From: a virus
Virus record (IMG/VR): IMGVR_UViG_3300031857_022279
DNA length: 64,000 nt
Direction: 5' to 3' (one strand)
Below, one piece after another: positions 41,186 through 50,194 of the stretch; position 1 is the stretch's first letter, and every line of letters starts with the position of its first letter. The notes beneath the pieces were generated by a model. The model saw only the letters and a list, made by a program, of their open reading frames with translations. It was not told the DNA's origin and searched no databases. Position numbers and translations under genes: made by a program.

Positions 41186-42756
41186 TGGCAACTATAACTA
41201 TAAGTAATACAGGTGGAAACTGGAATTCTACTTCTACTTGGGTAGGAGGAGTCGTTCCTACAGTAGCGGATGATGTGGTAGCTACTGCAACTTCCGGAAA
41301 TCTTACTGTGACTGCGACTGCTGCGGCTTTGAGTATCAACTTCACCAATTACGTTGGGACTTTCGTAGTCAATTCTGGAGTTACTCTTACTATTGGCAAC
41401 GGCACAACAAATACTGGAGGCACTTTTACTATGGTAGCTGGAATGAATGTTGGTGCGACTAGTACTGGAACTCTCTCTTTTGCAGCGACAGCAACTTTAA
41501 ACTCAGGAGGAAAAACCTGGCCAGGTAATATAACATTAATTGTCAGTCCTAATGTAGGTGGTCAAACTAGAACATTCACTTTAGGTAGTCCCTGGTCAGT
41601 CGATGGAAACCTATCAATAACTTTTGCTGCAACTTCTCAGTTTGTGACCCTAAATTCAAATTCGATGACTGTTCGTGGTAATTTCACCATGGGAACAGCT
41701 GCTGCTGTTCATAATTCTGGTTTTACTGGTACTACTAATTTGATATTAGGAACCACGACAACCCAGACTGTAACAACTAATATATCCGCGGGAATAGCAT
41801 TCGTCGATATTTTAGTTCCTGTTACTTTCAATTCGAGTGGTACTATAATCATCACTACTCCTTCCTCCAAGTTGCGTTTTGGCGCATTGACATGGACAGC
41901 TGGTATTGTAACAACTACTGGAGCCACGCTTTACAATGTAGGAAATATTACACTCACTACCGGAGGAATGACCTGGGATTGTGATTGGATTCTTCAAGGT
42001 CAAGGTAGAACTTTTACACTAGTAAGTGATTTTAATGTATCAAGTCTAGGATCTTTAACAACTCGTCAAACACAAAATATGACATTTAATGGAAGTAATA
42101 TCAATCTAAATTGTAATTATACACAAGTAGTAGTTACTATAGTTGGTAATTTGATTGGTACTACAGTGATGAATTTACTCGGAAATTCTACAATATCACA
42201 ATCTGCTGGCCTTTCATTTCGACTTCCAACTATTATAAACTCAACAGGCACAGTCACATTTACATCAAATTTTAGTCACGGTGCATCACTAACATATACT
42301 GCCGGCACATTTTCAATGTCAAACTCGTTGACTTGGACTAATGTAGCCACTGCCACATATACTTTAAATGCTCCAAATTTTAATTTTCCAAATTTTATAT
42401 CTACCACCAACGTAACATTCGCAGGATCAGAAGGTTGTAATTTCTATTCATATACAGTGACAACTGCGGGAGTAACTAACACACTTCAAATAAATGAGAC
42501 TTATACAATCCTCTCTGCAATTACTGTGACCGGGACACTCGCATCAAGAGTATCTTTTGTATCTTCTTCTGCTAATACTAATGCCATATTAACTGTCTTA
42601 CAAGGTGCTTCTATGGATGTAGGATATGCAAACGCAACAGATATTGACTCGTCTCTTGGTCAGACTATTTGGAGTTACAGAGGAACTTTACTTAGAAGTA
42701 CTAACTGGCAACAACTTCCAGTTCAGCCAAAAACAGTCGCTAACTTCAATATATAA
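41185..42756 (+). CDS. Thr/Gly/Asn-rich beta-helix virion protein (paralog 1)
   Basis: GGNWNSTSTWVGGVVPTVADDV N-terminus; C-terminal block shared with the next ORF. Confidence 0.8.
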   Translation: MATITISNTGGNWNSTSTWVGGVVPTVADDVVATATSGNLTVTATAAALSINFTNYVGTFVVNSGVTLTIGNGTTNTGGTFTMVAGMNVGATSTGTLSFAATATLNSGGKTWPGNITLIVSPNVGGQTRTFTLGSPWSVDGNLSITFAATSQFVTLNSNSMTVRGNFTMGTAAAVHNSGFTGTTNLILGTTTTQTVTTNISAGIAFVDILVPVTFNSSGTIIITTPSSKLRFGALTWTAGIVTTTGATLYNVGNITLTTGGMTWDCDWILQGQGRTFTLVSDFNVSSLGSLTTRQTQNMTFNGSNINLNCNYTQVVVTIVGNLIGTTVMNLLGNSTISQSAGLSFRLPTIINSTGTVTFTSNFSHGASLTYTAGTFSMSNSLTWTNVATATYTLNAPNFNFPNFISTTNVTFAGSEGCNFYSYTVTTAGVTNTLQINETYTILSAITVTGTLASRVSFVSSSANTNAILTVLQGASMDVGYANATDIDSSLGQTIWSYRGTLLRSTNWQQLPVQPKTVANFNI

Positions 42757-42759
42757 ATT

Positions 42760-44286
42760 ATGGCTACCTATTATTTTAGAAGTACTGGAACAAACTGGGG
42801 AACTGCTGGTGACTGGAGTGCTACACCGTCTCCAACTTATTCAGCTGGAGCTGTACCAACCACGGCTGATAATGCAGTTTTTGAAGCAGCTAGTGCTAAC
42901 TGTATAATCAATACTGGTGCTACACGCAACTGTGTGAATCTCACTTGTACAAGCTATGTCGGAACTCTTACCTTCAACACCAACTTAGCGGTCACTGGTA
43001 ACGTAGCACTTGGTTCGTCAGCTATGAGTATGACCGGATCTTCTACTCTTGCTCTTACGGTACCGGGTTCAACTTTGTCTCTATCGTCTGCAGGATGTAC
43101 TTGTTCGGTTCCGATGCAGATTTTAAAAGCCTCTGGTGCTTTAACCGTAACTTGGGGAAGCAATTGGACTCAATCAGGATCGTTTACAATGACTGGAACA
43201 TCATGGATTTGGAATGGTAACACAGTTACTTTTAAAAATTCTGTTGCTTGGAATGTCTCAAATCTTTCTGGTACTACTGCTATTATTCTCGCTCCTGACA
43301 TTTCAACGACTATGAACATAACAAGTACTGGAAGTCCTGTATGGGGATTATCCTCAGTAACAATAAACGGTGCGGGTACAGTAAATTTAACAGTATCTTT
43401 CTTTTTTTCCGGCACATTTACTTGGACCGCTGGATCTGTTACTCACACCGGTACTATTACTTTTAACCCTGGAACTAGTACTATGAATACTTCAGGAATG
43501 TCATTTCAAAACGGACAAAATAGTACCTCTGCTACAAGCGCTGTAGTTCTTACATCAGACCTTACATTCACAGGAGATTACGCATATAACAGATCTGCAA
43601 CTAGCTTCAACCCGGCTGGTCGAACCGTGTTTGTTGGTGGTAATTTGACGATTGGTGTTGGTGTAATTAATATCAACACAGTTCTCGGAGCAGCTACTAT
43701 AGTTATGAACGGAACTGGTACTATCAGCGGATCTGCTCCGAATGCAATGACCGTGCCTTTAACTATAAGCACATCTGGGACTATCACTTTTTCAGGAAAC
43801 ATTAACTGGTTGAGAACACTCACTTTTACTTCAGGTACTATAGTCTCGAATGCTACAATAACTTGTAACAGTGCTAGTACATTTACTCTGAATGCTCCTG
43901 GTTTCTCTTTTGCAACTTTCAGCACGAGTGCTAACTCAACTTTCACTGGATCTGAAGGATGCACTTTTGTGACTTTCACATCACAGACTGCTGGAACAAC
44001 ACACACATTCCAGTCTACTGACACATACACAATTACTTCTGCTTTAAACTTGCTTGGTACAGCTGCCTCTGCACTTACTTTTAGATCAAGTTCTGCTGGA
44101 AGTTTGGCAACTGTCACGATACCATATGGGGCTAGTTTAGATGTGGGTCACGTTACTGCAACTGATATCAACTCTTCAAATGGAAGAACAATTTGGGTTT
44201 ATAAAGGAACTATAGGAGCTGGAACTCTTAACTGGCAACAATTACCAACAGTTCCGAAAACAGTTGGTGTAGCTTGGGTTAGATAA
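42760..44286 (+). CDS. Thr/Gly/Ser-rich beta-helix virion protein (paralog 2)
   Basis: TNWGTAGDW...GAVPTTADNA; GSEGC.F, ATDI.SS.G.TIW.Y.GT and NWQQLP..PKTV shared with paralog 1. Confidence 0.8.
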   Translation: MATYYFRSTGTNWGTAGDWSATPSPTYSAGAVPTTADNAVFEAASANCIINTGATRNCVNLTCTSYVGTLTFNTNLAVTGNVALGSSAMSMTGSSTLALTVPGSTLSLSSAGCTCSVPMQILKASGALTVTWGSNWTQSGSFTMTGTSWIWNGNTVTFKNSVAWNVSNLSGTTAIILAPDISTTMNITSTGSPVWGLSSVTINGAGTVNLTVSFFFSGTFTWTAGSVTHTGTITFNPGTSTMNTSGMSFQNGQNSTSATSAVVLTSDLTFTGDYAYNRSATSFNPAGRTVFVGGNLTIGVGVININTVLGAATIVMNGTGTISGSAPNAMTVPLTISTSGTITFSGNINWLRTLTFTSGTIVSNATITCNSASTFTLNAPGFSFATFSTSANSTFTGSEGCTFVTFTSQTAGTTHTFQSTDTYTITSALNLLGTAASALTFRSSSAGSLATVTIPYGASLDVGHVTATDINSSNGRTIWVYKGTIGAGTLNWQQLPTVPKTVGVAWVR

Positions 44287-44291
44287 CTATC

Positions 44292-44792
44292 CTATTTTCT
44301 AGGACCAAAAAGATAAGAAACACTAAAAGTATATTGTGGGATTTTCCACTCCTTATCTTGAGTCGTAATTCTGTAATCAAAGCATAGTCTATCTAAATCT
44401 AGACCTACTCCTACTACTGGTGTTCCAAAAGTTGATTCAGATGTGTATGTTAGTGAGTTCAATCCCATATTATTTTGACCTTGAAAAATTAACCTTGAAC
44501 GAAGTTCACCACCGATATTCACTCTAACAGTTCTGAAAAAACGAGCACCAAAAACAAAAGGAATACGCATCTCAGTTAGTTTTCTGTTTCTAACATCCCA
44601 GAGTAAATTAACTTCTGGTTGAGCATAAATGAATTTATTTATTCTACGAACTGAGAATCCAATCTGAAATTCAGTAGAACTAAATCTTTCAGAATTACTA
44701 ATCCAACCAACATTAGGTCCATAATTAGAACGTGGTTGTGCAAATCCCACAGATGAAAAAACAATTAAAATTAAAATTAAAACTTTATTCAT
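44292..44792 (-). CDS. Small outer-membrane beta-barrel protein (Bacteroidota type)
   Basis: Signal MNKVLILILIVFSSVGFA|Q; alternating amphipathic strands; C-terminal YTFSVSYLF. Confidence 0.75.
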   Translation of the reverse strand: MNKVLILILIVFSSVGFAQPRSNYGPNVGWISNSERFSSTEFQIGFSVRRINKFIYAQPEVNLLWDVRNRKLTEMRIPFVFGARFFRTVRVNIGGELRSRLIFQGQNNMGLNSLTYTSESTFGTPVVGVGLDLDRLCFDYRITTQDKEWKIPQYTFSVSYLFGPRK

Positions 44793-44867
44793 ATTGTAAA
44801 TATAAAAAATATTTTTTAAGAAATCAACTTTTATAAGACAAAAAAGAATATTTTATATATAATCCAT

Positions 44868-45215
44868 ATGATTTTTGAAATTTTTTGGGTAGTTTTTATA
44901 CTCTTTATCTGGTTTGAAACAGATGCATTTATACAATATTCAAAGTTATTTAGACTCACTAAAATAACTAAAATTGAATCATGGGAAAACTATAAGTTGA
45001 CAAATTCTCAAATAAGTTACCTAGACTATATACTTATTAAACATAAAGGATTTTTCTCTAAACTTATTTGTTGCCAACCTTGTTTAACTTTTTGGTTAAC
45101 TTTCATCGTTAAATTATTCTTTATCTCAGAGTTTGAATTTTTCGTTGCTACTTTTCCAATTACATACATCTTATCCTATGTAATATACAAATTAATTAAG
45201 AAATATGTCAACTAA
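44868..45215 (+). CDS. Membrane protein with a CCQPC motif
   Basis: Several TM segments; KLICCQPCLTFW. Confidence 0.7.
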   Translation: MIFEIFWVVFILFIWFETDAFIQYSKLFRLTKITKIESWENYKLTNSQISYLDYILIKHKGFFSKLICCQPCLTFWLTFIVKLFFISEFEFFVATFPITYILSYVIYKLIKKYVN

Positions 45216-45498
45216 TGGTTATGGACTCGAGATTACTCGCAGTATTTTAATAAATACTCCTCAAGAATTTTATAGACTTCTAACTGATATTCAATATAGA
45301 ACACCACAATTTATCCCATTTATGGATAGAGTTGATATTTATACAAATGGTTGTACTTGTCAAGCCGAGAATAATTTTAAGCAAGTGGTTGCAGAATATA
45401 GAAAATTTATTAACTTCGATATGACTGAATTAAAAGAAAAGGCAAGATGCGCAACAATACAGTTTTATCTAGATGGTGAATTACTTTTCAGTCTGTAA
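45205..45498 (+). CDS. Small hypothetical protein (CxC motif)
   Basis: 97 aa; overlaps the end of the preceding gene; GCTCQ. Confidence 0.65.
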   Translation: MSTNGYGLEITRSILINTPQEFYRLLTDIQYRTPQFIPFMDRVDIYTNGCTCQAENNFKQVVAEYRKFINFDMTELKEKARCATIQFYLDGELLFSL

Positions 45499-46437
45499 TA
45501 TTTGTTCTAATTCTTTTAGAGTTTTTGCTTGAATTTTTTCTATTTGATAAATTAAATCCTCGCAGGAATTTCTCCAGTCTTCAATAAAAGTATCCAAAGA
45601 TGATATTACTGTTGATATAACCATATTTCTTATTTCAGGTTCTTTATATGACTTTTTCAAACCCCATACGTGTTTAATGTTCCAAGTAAGATACTGATTT
45701 TCAAGATTGAATCCGATTTTGGGTTCCCACTCACTACCAAGATGATCAGATGTTATATGAGGTAAATAAATATTCGGGATTAATTTACCAACCTTCATTT
45801 TTAAAGTATAAGCGATCGCTGATAATAATCTTTGTTCTATGAATATAGTATCAGCGGATAAATTAAATATTGGTTCATTTTTATTTAACTCAATTGTTCT
45901 TAGAACCCATTTATACCATTCATCAACTAAATGACTAGAATTTAAATATAAAAACGCACAATTAATTGGATTCATAGACCAGTCAATTAGTGAACTCTCA
46001 GTCGATTTAAGAAACGTTTCTGGATGTAAATAAGGATTTTTAAGATCATCGATTACATCTTCTTCATGATATCCAATAAATTGAAATTTATTATCAATGT
46101 TAATTGGTTCTTGAATCCAAAGATCTGTGTCTAATACTACAAATTCTTTATAACTTTCAGATATTTTTTTAATCGCGTGTATTTTACAAAAACTCCAATA
46201 TTTTTCTAAATGTTCAGAATAAGGTATATCTTGCAGACAATTTAGATTTATACTATCATATAATTTATCTATACCCCACAGTTTTAGTGATTCGAGATGG
46301 TTTTCGTTACAATATAAATGTATTGGTCCTTGATTTTTTTTCCAGAATTTTATAGACGCCACTTGGACCAATAAGTTTATTAGGTCAAACTTTGGAATAT
46401 CTCGCTCTTTTTGGTAATAAATATGAAAAGCGTTCAT
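45481..46437 (-). CDS. Putative GT-A glycosyltransferase (DUF6734-like)
   Basis: SIKFWKK, IHLYCN, YWSFCKIHAI, FVVLDTDLWI (DxD) and INCAFL motifs. Confidence 0.6.
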   Translation of the reverse strand: MNAFHIYYQKERDIPKFDLINLLVQVASIKFWKKNQGPIHLYCNENHLESLKLWGIDKLYDSINLNCLQDIPYSEHLEKYWSFCKIHAIKKISESYKEFVVLDTDLWIQEPINIDNKFQFIGYHEEDVIDDLKNPYLHPETFLKSTESSLIDWSMNPINCAFLYLNSSHLVDEWYKWVLRTIELNKNEPIFNLSADTIFIEQRLLSAIAYTLKMKVGKLIPNIYLPHITSDHLGSEWEPKIGFNLENQYLTWNIKHVWGLKKSYKEPEIRNMVISTVISSLDTFIEDWRNSCEDLIYQIEKIQAKTLKELEQILQTEK

Positions 46438-46473
46438 ATAAAACTTATATAAAAAAAATTAATATCAGTTTAT

Positions 46474-47184
46474 ATGGATATTAATAAGTATTTTGATAAA
46501 ATATATTTACTCAATCTTCACAGAAGAAAAGATAGACTAAATAAATCGTTAGAGAAATTACAACAATTTGATATTGAAGTTGAAGTTTTTGGAGCAGCCG
46601 ATGGGTCTGTATTAAATCATCTTTTTAAGAAATTAGATAACCCACGTTTTTTAAACACTGGATACTTAGGGTCAACAATTTCTCACCTCTCAATTTATAG
46701 AGATGCTCTTTCAAATGGATATGAAAGGATTTTAATATTAGAAGATGATAATTTAATTAATAAAAACATTCATCAGATATTCGAATCACAAGAAATACCT
46801 GAGTGGGAAGATTTATTCTATCTTGGATACATCCCATTAAGTGATGACCTTGTAATGTGGACTTATGGTATTACCATGTTAAAAGACCAAATGTTAACTG
46901 ATAAAATTTTCAAGTGTCATAATCTCTGGGGTCTATATGCCTATGGAATAACATCAAAAGTTATGAGAGAAATGATAGATGTTTATAACAGTGAATTTCC
47001 GATGGAGATCGATAGATATTTTGTAAACTCTATTCAAAAAAGAAATGGTTCTATTGCGATAGGTCCTCAACTTTTTTGTTGCGATTATGATAATTTTAGT
47101 GACAATCAAGGATTTGCACCAGACAATCACATTACAATCAAGTCAATCGATAGTAGATTTGCAAGCATTCAAGATTATATTTAA
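46474..47184 (+). CDS. Glycosyltransferase family 25
   Basis: KIYLLNLHRRKDR, FGAADG, GYLGSTISHLSIY and ILILEDD motifs. Confidence 0.88.
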   Translation: MDINKYFDKIYLLNLHRRKDRLNKSLEKLQQFDIEVEVFGAADGSVLNHLFKKLDNPRFLNTGYLGSTISHLSIYRDALSNGYERILILEDDNLINKNIHQIFESQEIPEWEDLFYLGYIPLSDDLVMWTYGITMLKDQMLTDKIFKCHNLWGLYAYGITSKVMREMIDVYNSEFPMEIDRYFVNSIQKRNGSIAIGPQLFCCDYDNFSDNQGFAPDNHITIKSIDSRFASIQDYI

Positions 47185-47585
47185 TCAAGTAGATTTTTAA
47201 GATTCGCACTTCTGTTCACTTGAGAATTACCTCCAAGATATTTCAAAATATTTGAAGGCGGGAATTTAAATTGACGACCATCAACTTTTCTTCTGCCTAT
47301 AATTGGATACTTACGATTCTTAGTCATGAAACTTTCAACCACAAAAACACCATTAGAACAGGTAAATTCCATTCCAATAATGTTTTGTGTAAAACCATAT
47401 CGTTTAGAAAGTGCTAAATTAGCCTTATCATCAACTACCGTGTCTTTTGTAGATATTGACATTTTCATTTGTGATGTTGAAAATGATATATTTGAGACTT
47501 GAAATTCGATACCTTCTTCCTCTTGTATTTTAAGAAGTGCTGACTTAATCTTTTCTGACAAGTAAATTGCTTTTTCTCTGTTCAT
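47181..47585 (-). CDS. Hypothetical protein
   Basis: 134 aa; ends NRSANLKNLLD. Confidence 0.7.
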   Translation of the reverse strand: MNREKAIYLSEKIKSALLKIQEEEGIEFQVSNISFSTSQMKMSISTKDTVVDDKANLALSKRYGFTQNIIGMEFTCSNGVFVVESFMTKNRKYPIIGRRKVDGRQFKFPPSNILKYLGGNSQVNRSANLKNLLD

Positions 47586-47586
47586 A

Positions 47587-48009
47587 TTATTTTGTGTAGA
47601 TTAATTGACCGTTAAAAAACCCATAAGCATCATCCATTTTTGAAATTCTCTTTTCAATTCTAAACATATAGTTAATAAAAAGCTGCCGGATGTTTTTATT
47701 ACCACTTGTGTTGTCTGAGTGTACGAACCAATCAGGTAAGATCTTATTATTATCAATACAATAATTTACTAACCAATCTGCTGCATCTTTACCAGTCAGT
47801 TCATTTCCAGAAACATCCCAAGAGTCAATATCGTGATCAAAAGAAATAAATTGTATTTTATCAAAATTATTTTTAACGACACTAATAAAATCTTGATAGT
47901 TTCTAACTATTGTCCAGTTTTTAGAATTTCCAAATTCTTTTCCTAAACCACGATCAGAGTTGTGAACAACTCGTGGTGAAATTCTAATATCATCTAAGAA
48001 TATTAACAT
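47587..48009 (-). CDS. Cyclic-phosphate processing receiver-like domain protein
   Basis: IFLDDIR, W..VRNY, ISFDHDI, GKDAADWL and HSDN..G motifs; minus-strand TATATTTG at 48015-48022. Confidence 0.8.
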   Translation of the reverse strand: MLIFLDDIRISPRVVHNSDRGLGKEFGNSKNWTIVRNYQDFISVVKNNFDKIQFISFDHDIDSWDVSGNELTGKDAADWLVNYCIDNNKILPDWFVHSDNTSGNKNIRQLFINYMFRIEKRISKMDDAYGFFNGQLIYTK

Positions 48010-48067
48010 AATTACAAATATAAGGTATGAATCTAAACTATAGAAATTATTTTTAATATAATTTTTG

Positions 48068-48427
48068 ATGATTTTTATATCCCCTAAAATTAAAGTAGAA
48101 AAATCTCCTATTCATGGATATGGAGTTTTCGCAAAAGAGTTTATCCCATCTGGTGAAATTCTCGAAACTTGTCATTTCTGGATACTTGAAGAAAAAGATT
48201 TTCAGAAACTAGACAAAACTATTCAACAAATATCATTTGCCTATCCAATTTTCACAAGTGACTCACACGCTATTGTACTTGGATGGGGTAGTATTTATAA
48301 CCACAGCACAGAAAACAATGCAGCTTGGGCAACTGATACAGAAAACCAATTGTTTAAATTTTTCACTGTAAAAGATATTAATCCAGGTGAAGAAATTCTC
48401 ACTAATTATCTTAAAACCACAATTTAA
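48068..48427 (+). CDS. SET domain protein-lysine methyltransferase
   Basis: SPIHGYGVFA...I..GE, GSIYNHS (NHS motif) and DINPGEEILTNY; ATG at 48068 (track uses TTG at 48065). Confidence 0.9.
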   Translation: MIFISPKIKVEKSPIHGYGVFAKEFIPSGEILETCHFWILEEKDFQKLDKTIQQISFAYPIFTSDSHAIVLGWGSIYNHSTENNAAWATDTENQLFKFFTVKDINPGEEILTNYLKTTI

Positions 48428-48430
48428 AAA

Positions 48431-48673
48431 ATGAGTAATCAAACAACAAATACTGGAATAAGTGTTTATACTACAATATTTTTAATATTTTTAGTATTGA
48501 AACTAACTGGAAATATAAGCTGGTCTTGGTGGTGGGTTACTTCTCCACTTTGGATTCCACTACTTCTAGTACTTTCTATAATGGCATTGATTTTTATTTT
48601 TGGACTAGTATACATTGCCACAACAGGCAAAAATATCGATCAGTTAATCAAAAAAATTCAAAAAAAAGATTAA
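48431..48673 (+). CDS. Small membrane protein
   Basis: IFLIFLVLKLTGNISWSWWWVTSPLWIP. Confidence 0.75.
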   Translation: MSNQTTNTGISVYTTIFLIFLVLKLTGNISWSWWWVTSPLWIPLLLVLSIMALIFIFGLVYIATTGKNIDQLIKKIQKKD

Positions 48674-48747
48674 ACTTTTTAAAACCTAAGCTGATTCACG
48701 AATATAACTATTAATGAAGAAATTCATAGAAAAAACAAGTTAAATAA

Positions 48748-49023
48748 ATGAACAAAGCAGATTTAGTAAATGAAATCTCTTCTAAGACAGGTTTAACAAA
48801 GACCAAATCAAATGAAGTTATTGATTCAATTGTTTCATCAATCCAATCAGCTCTTGCTGGTGGTGACAAAGTTACTCTTGTTGGATTTGGTACTTTTGAC
48901 ACTATAACTCGTCAGAGCCGTAGAGGTCGTAATCCTAAAACAGGAGCTGAATTAACAATTCCTGAGAAGAAGGTTGCTCGTTTCAAGGCTGGTAGTGGTC
49001 TATCTAATGTTGTAAATTCATAA
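48748..49023 (+). CDS. hup: HU-family DNA-binding protein
   Basis: MNKADLV, VTLVGFGTF, GRNPKTG and FKAG motifs. Confidence 0.95.
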   Translation: MNKADLVNEISSKTGLTKTKSNEVIDSIVSSIQSALAGGDKVTLVGFGTFDTITRQSRRGRNPKTGAELTIPEKKVARFKAGSGLSNVVNS

Positions 49024-49046
49024 TTTAGAATTAGATAATATACCTT

Positions 49047-49086
49047 TAACCCTCGACAATTAATTTTGATCGAGGGTTATTTTTTT
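49047..49086 (+). terminator. Intrinsic terminator after HU
   Basis: TAACCCTCGA...TCGAGGGTTA followed by a T-run. Confidence 0.85.
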
Positions 49087-49109
49087 ATATATTTACAAAA
49101 AATAAAATT

Positions 49110-49313
49110 ATGAAAAAAGTACTTTTCTTAACTTCACTGATAATTTCAATTACATCTTGTGATTACAATGAAGGTGTACCTGTAATTGTTAATAAGCAAC
49201 AATCATTTATTCCAGGTAAATGTCTCTATACTTATGAAGGATTTGGTCGAGAAGAAACCTTTGATGACGATTGTAATAAATATCAAGTTGGAGATACTCT
49301 TAGAGGTCAGTAA
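49110..49313 (+). CDS. Small lipoprotein
   Basis: MKKVLFLTSLIISITSC lipobox; ends YQVGDTL. Confidence 0.7.
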   Translation: MKKVLFLTSLIISITSCDYNEGVPVIVNKQQSFIPGKCLYTYEGFGREETFDDDCNKYQVGDTLRGQ

Positions 49314-49845
49314 AATTGTCCTTTGAGTCTAAAAATTTTAAATCACTAGGTGTGACTTTTATTCCGTCAAAGTGATTAAAAAACCGACAAAGATCCTCAA
49401 GACTTTCTCTTGTGAGAGCAAATACTGTATTACTTGGATCCATTTTTGAATGATACGAAGTATATTGATAAGGCTCTACAATATTAGGTGATTTTATATT
49501 AAACCCTGAAGCTATAAAATTACCAAGTGTGATCTCGACATTTAAGTGAAAGTCTTTTTCTTCAGCATTATGAATCGGTCCTAAATCAATTTCAAGTGTA
49601 TCTGGAATACCGTCTATATCAAAATCGCGGTCATATGTAATTTGATAAACAGCATCTGACATAATATTTCCAAGTTTGTATCTACAAGAAATATTTGTTG
49701 ACATGCCAGTTTTTGGATCTATCAACATTCCGTTAATATCTGTGATATCACCACTTATAATTGTAAGATATTTAGGAGTGATATTTCTTATATCATATTC
49801 GAAAATATCAGTTAGTGCTTCATTGAATCTTCTTATTTTGACCAT
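49300..49845 (-). CDS. Hypothetical protein with a capsid-targeting-like peptide
   Basis: MVKIRRFNEA; TAATATATA 4 nt upstream (plus-strand 49850-49858). Confidence 0.75.
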   Translation of the reverse strand: MVKIRRFNEALTDIFEYDIRNITPKYLTIISGDITDINGMLIDPKTGMSTNISCRYKLGNIMSDAVYQITYDRDFDIDGIPDTLEIDLGPIHNAEEKDFHLNVEITLGNFIASGFNIKSPNIVEPYQYTSYHSKMDPSNTVFALTRESLEDLCRFFNHFDGIKVTPSDLKFLDSKDNFTDL

Positions 49846-49855
49846 AAGGTATATA

Positions 49856-50002
49856 TTATAGTCTAGTTCTTAAATCTCTAACAACTCTCAGGCAAAAGTC
49901 ACAGATTATCACTGGTCCGTCTTTAGTCATTATAGATTTTCTGTCACAATTTGCTTGGCAATCTTTTTTACCAAATTCTGCGTATTTATTTAAATTTTCC
50001 AT
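49856..50002 (-). CDS. 48-aa putative zinc-finger protein missing from the ORF track
   Basis: MENLNKYAEFGKKDCQANCDRKSIMTKDGPVIICDFCLRVVRDLRTRL (CxxxC...CxxC). Confidence 0.6.
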   Translation of the reverse strand: MENLNKYAEFGKKDCQANCDRKSIMTKDGPVIICDFCLRVVRDLRTRL

Positions 50003-50025
50003 ATATTTACAAATAATTAAAAGAG

Positions 50026-50193
50026 GTGAAAAAACTTATATCATTTATAGAAATACTTGTAATTTTAGCATTTGTCGTTTATACCTTCTACACAAATGAT
50101 AAACCAACTGATAAAGTATTTTTCTTTTTACTTGAATTAAGTGCTGTTTCAATTTGGCACCTTTATGACAAGTACAAACATCCTGAGAATTAG
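50026..50193 (+). CDS. 55-aa two-TM membrane protein missing from the ORF track
   Basis: GTG start; MKKLISFIEILVILAFVVYTFYTNDKPTDKVFFFLLELSAVSIWHLYDKYKHPEN. Confidence 0.55.
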   Translation: MKKLISFIEILVILAFVVYTFYTNDKPTDKVFFFLLELSAVSIWHLYDKYKHPEN

Positions 50194-50194
50194 A

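Noticed and set aside
30701-44117. Many overlapping alternative-frame and antisense ORFs inside the fibre and beta-helix genes (also inside groEL and others)
   Set aside because: These are shadow ORFs produced by repetitive, stop-poor codon patterns; their translations are low-information and lack start context.
30493-44286. Diversity-generating retroelement acting on the fibres
   Set aside because: No reverse transcriptase in the window and no TR/VR pair with adenine-specific differences. The repeats are tandem and in frame.
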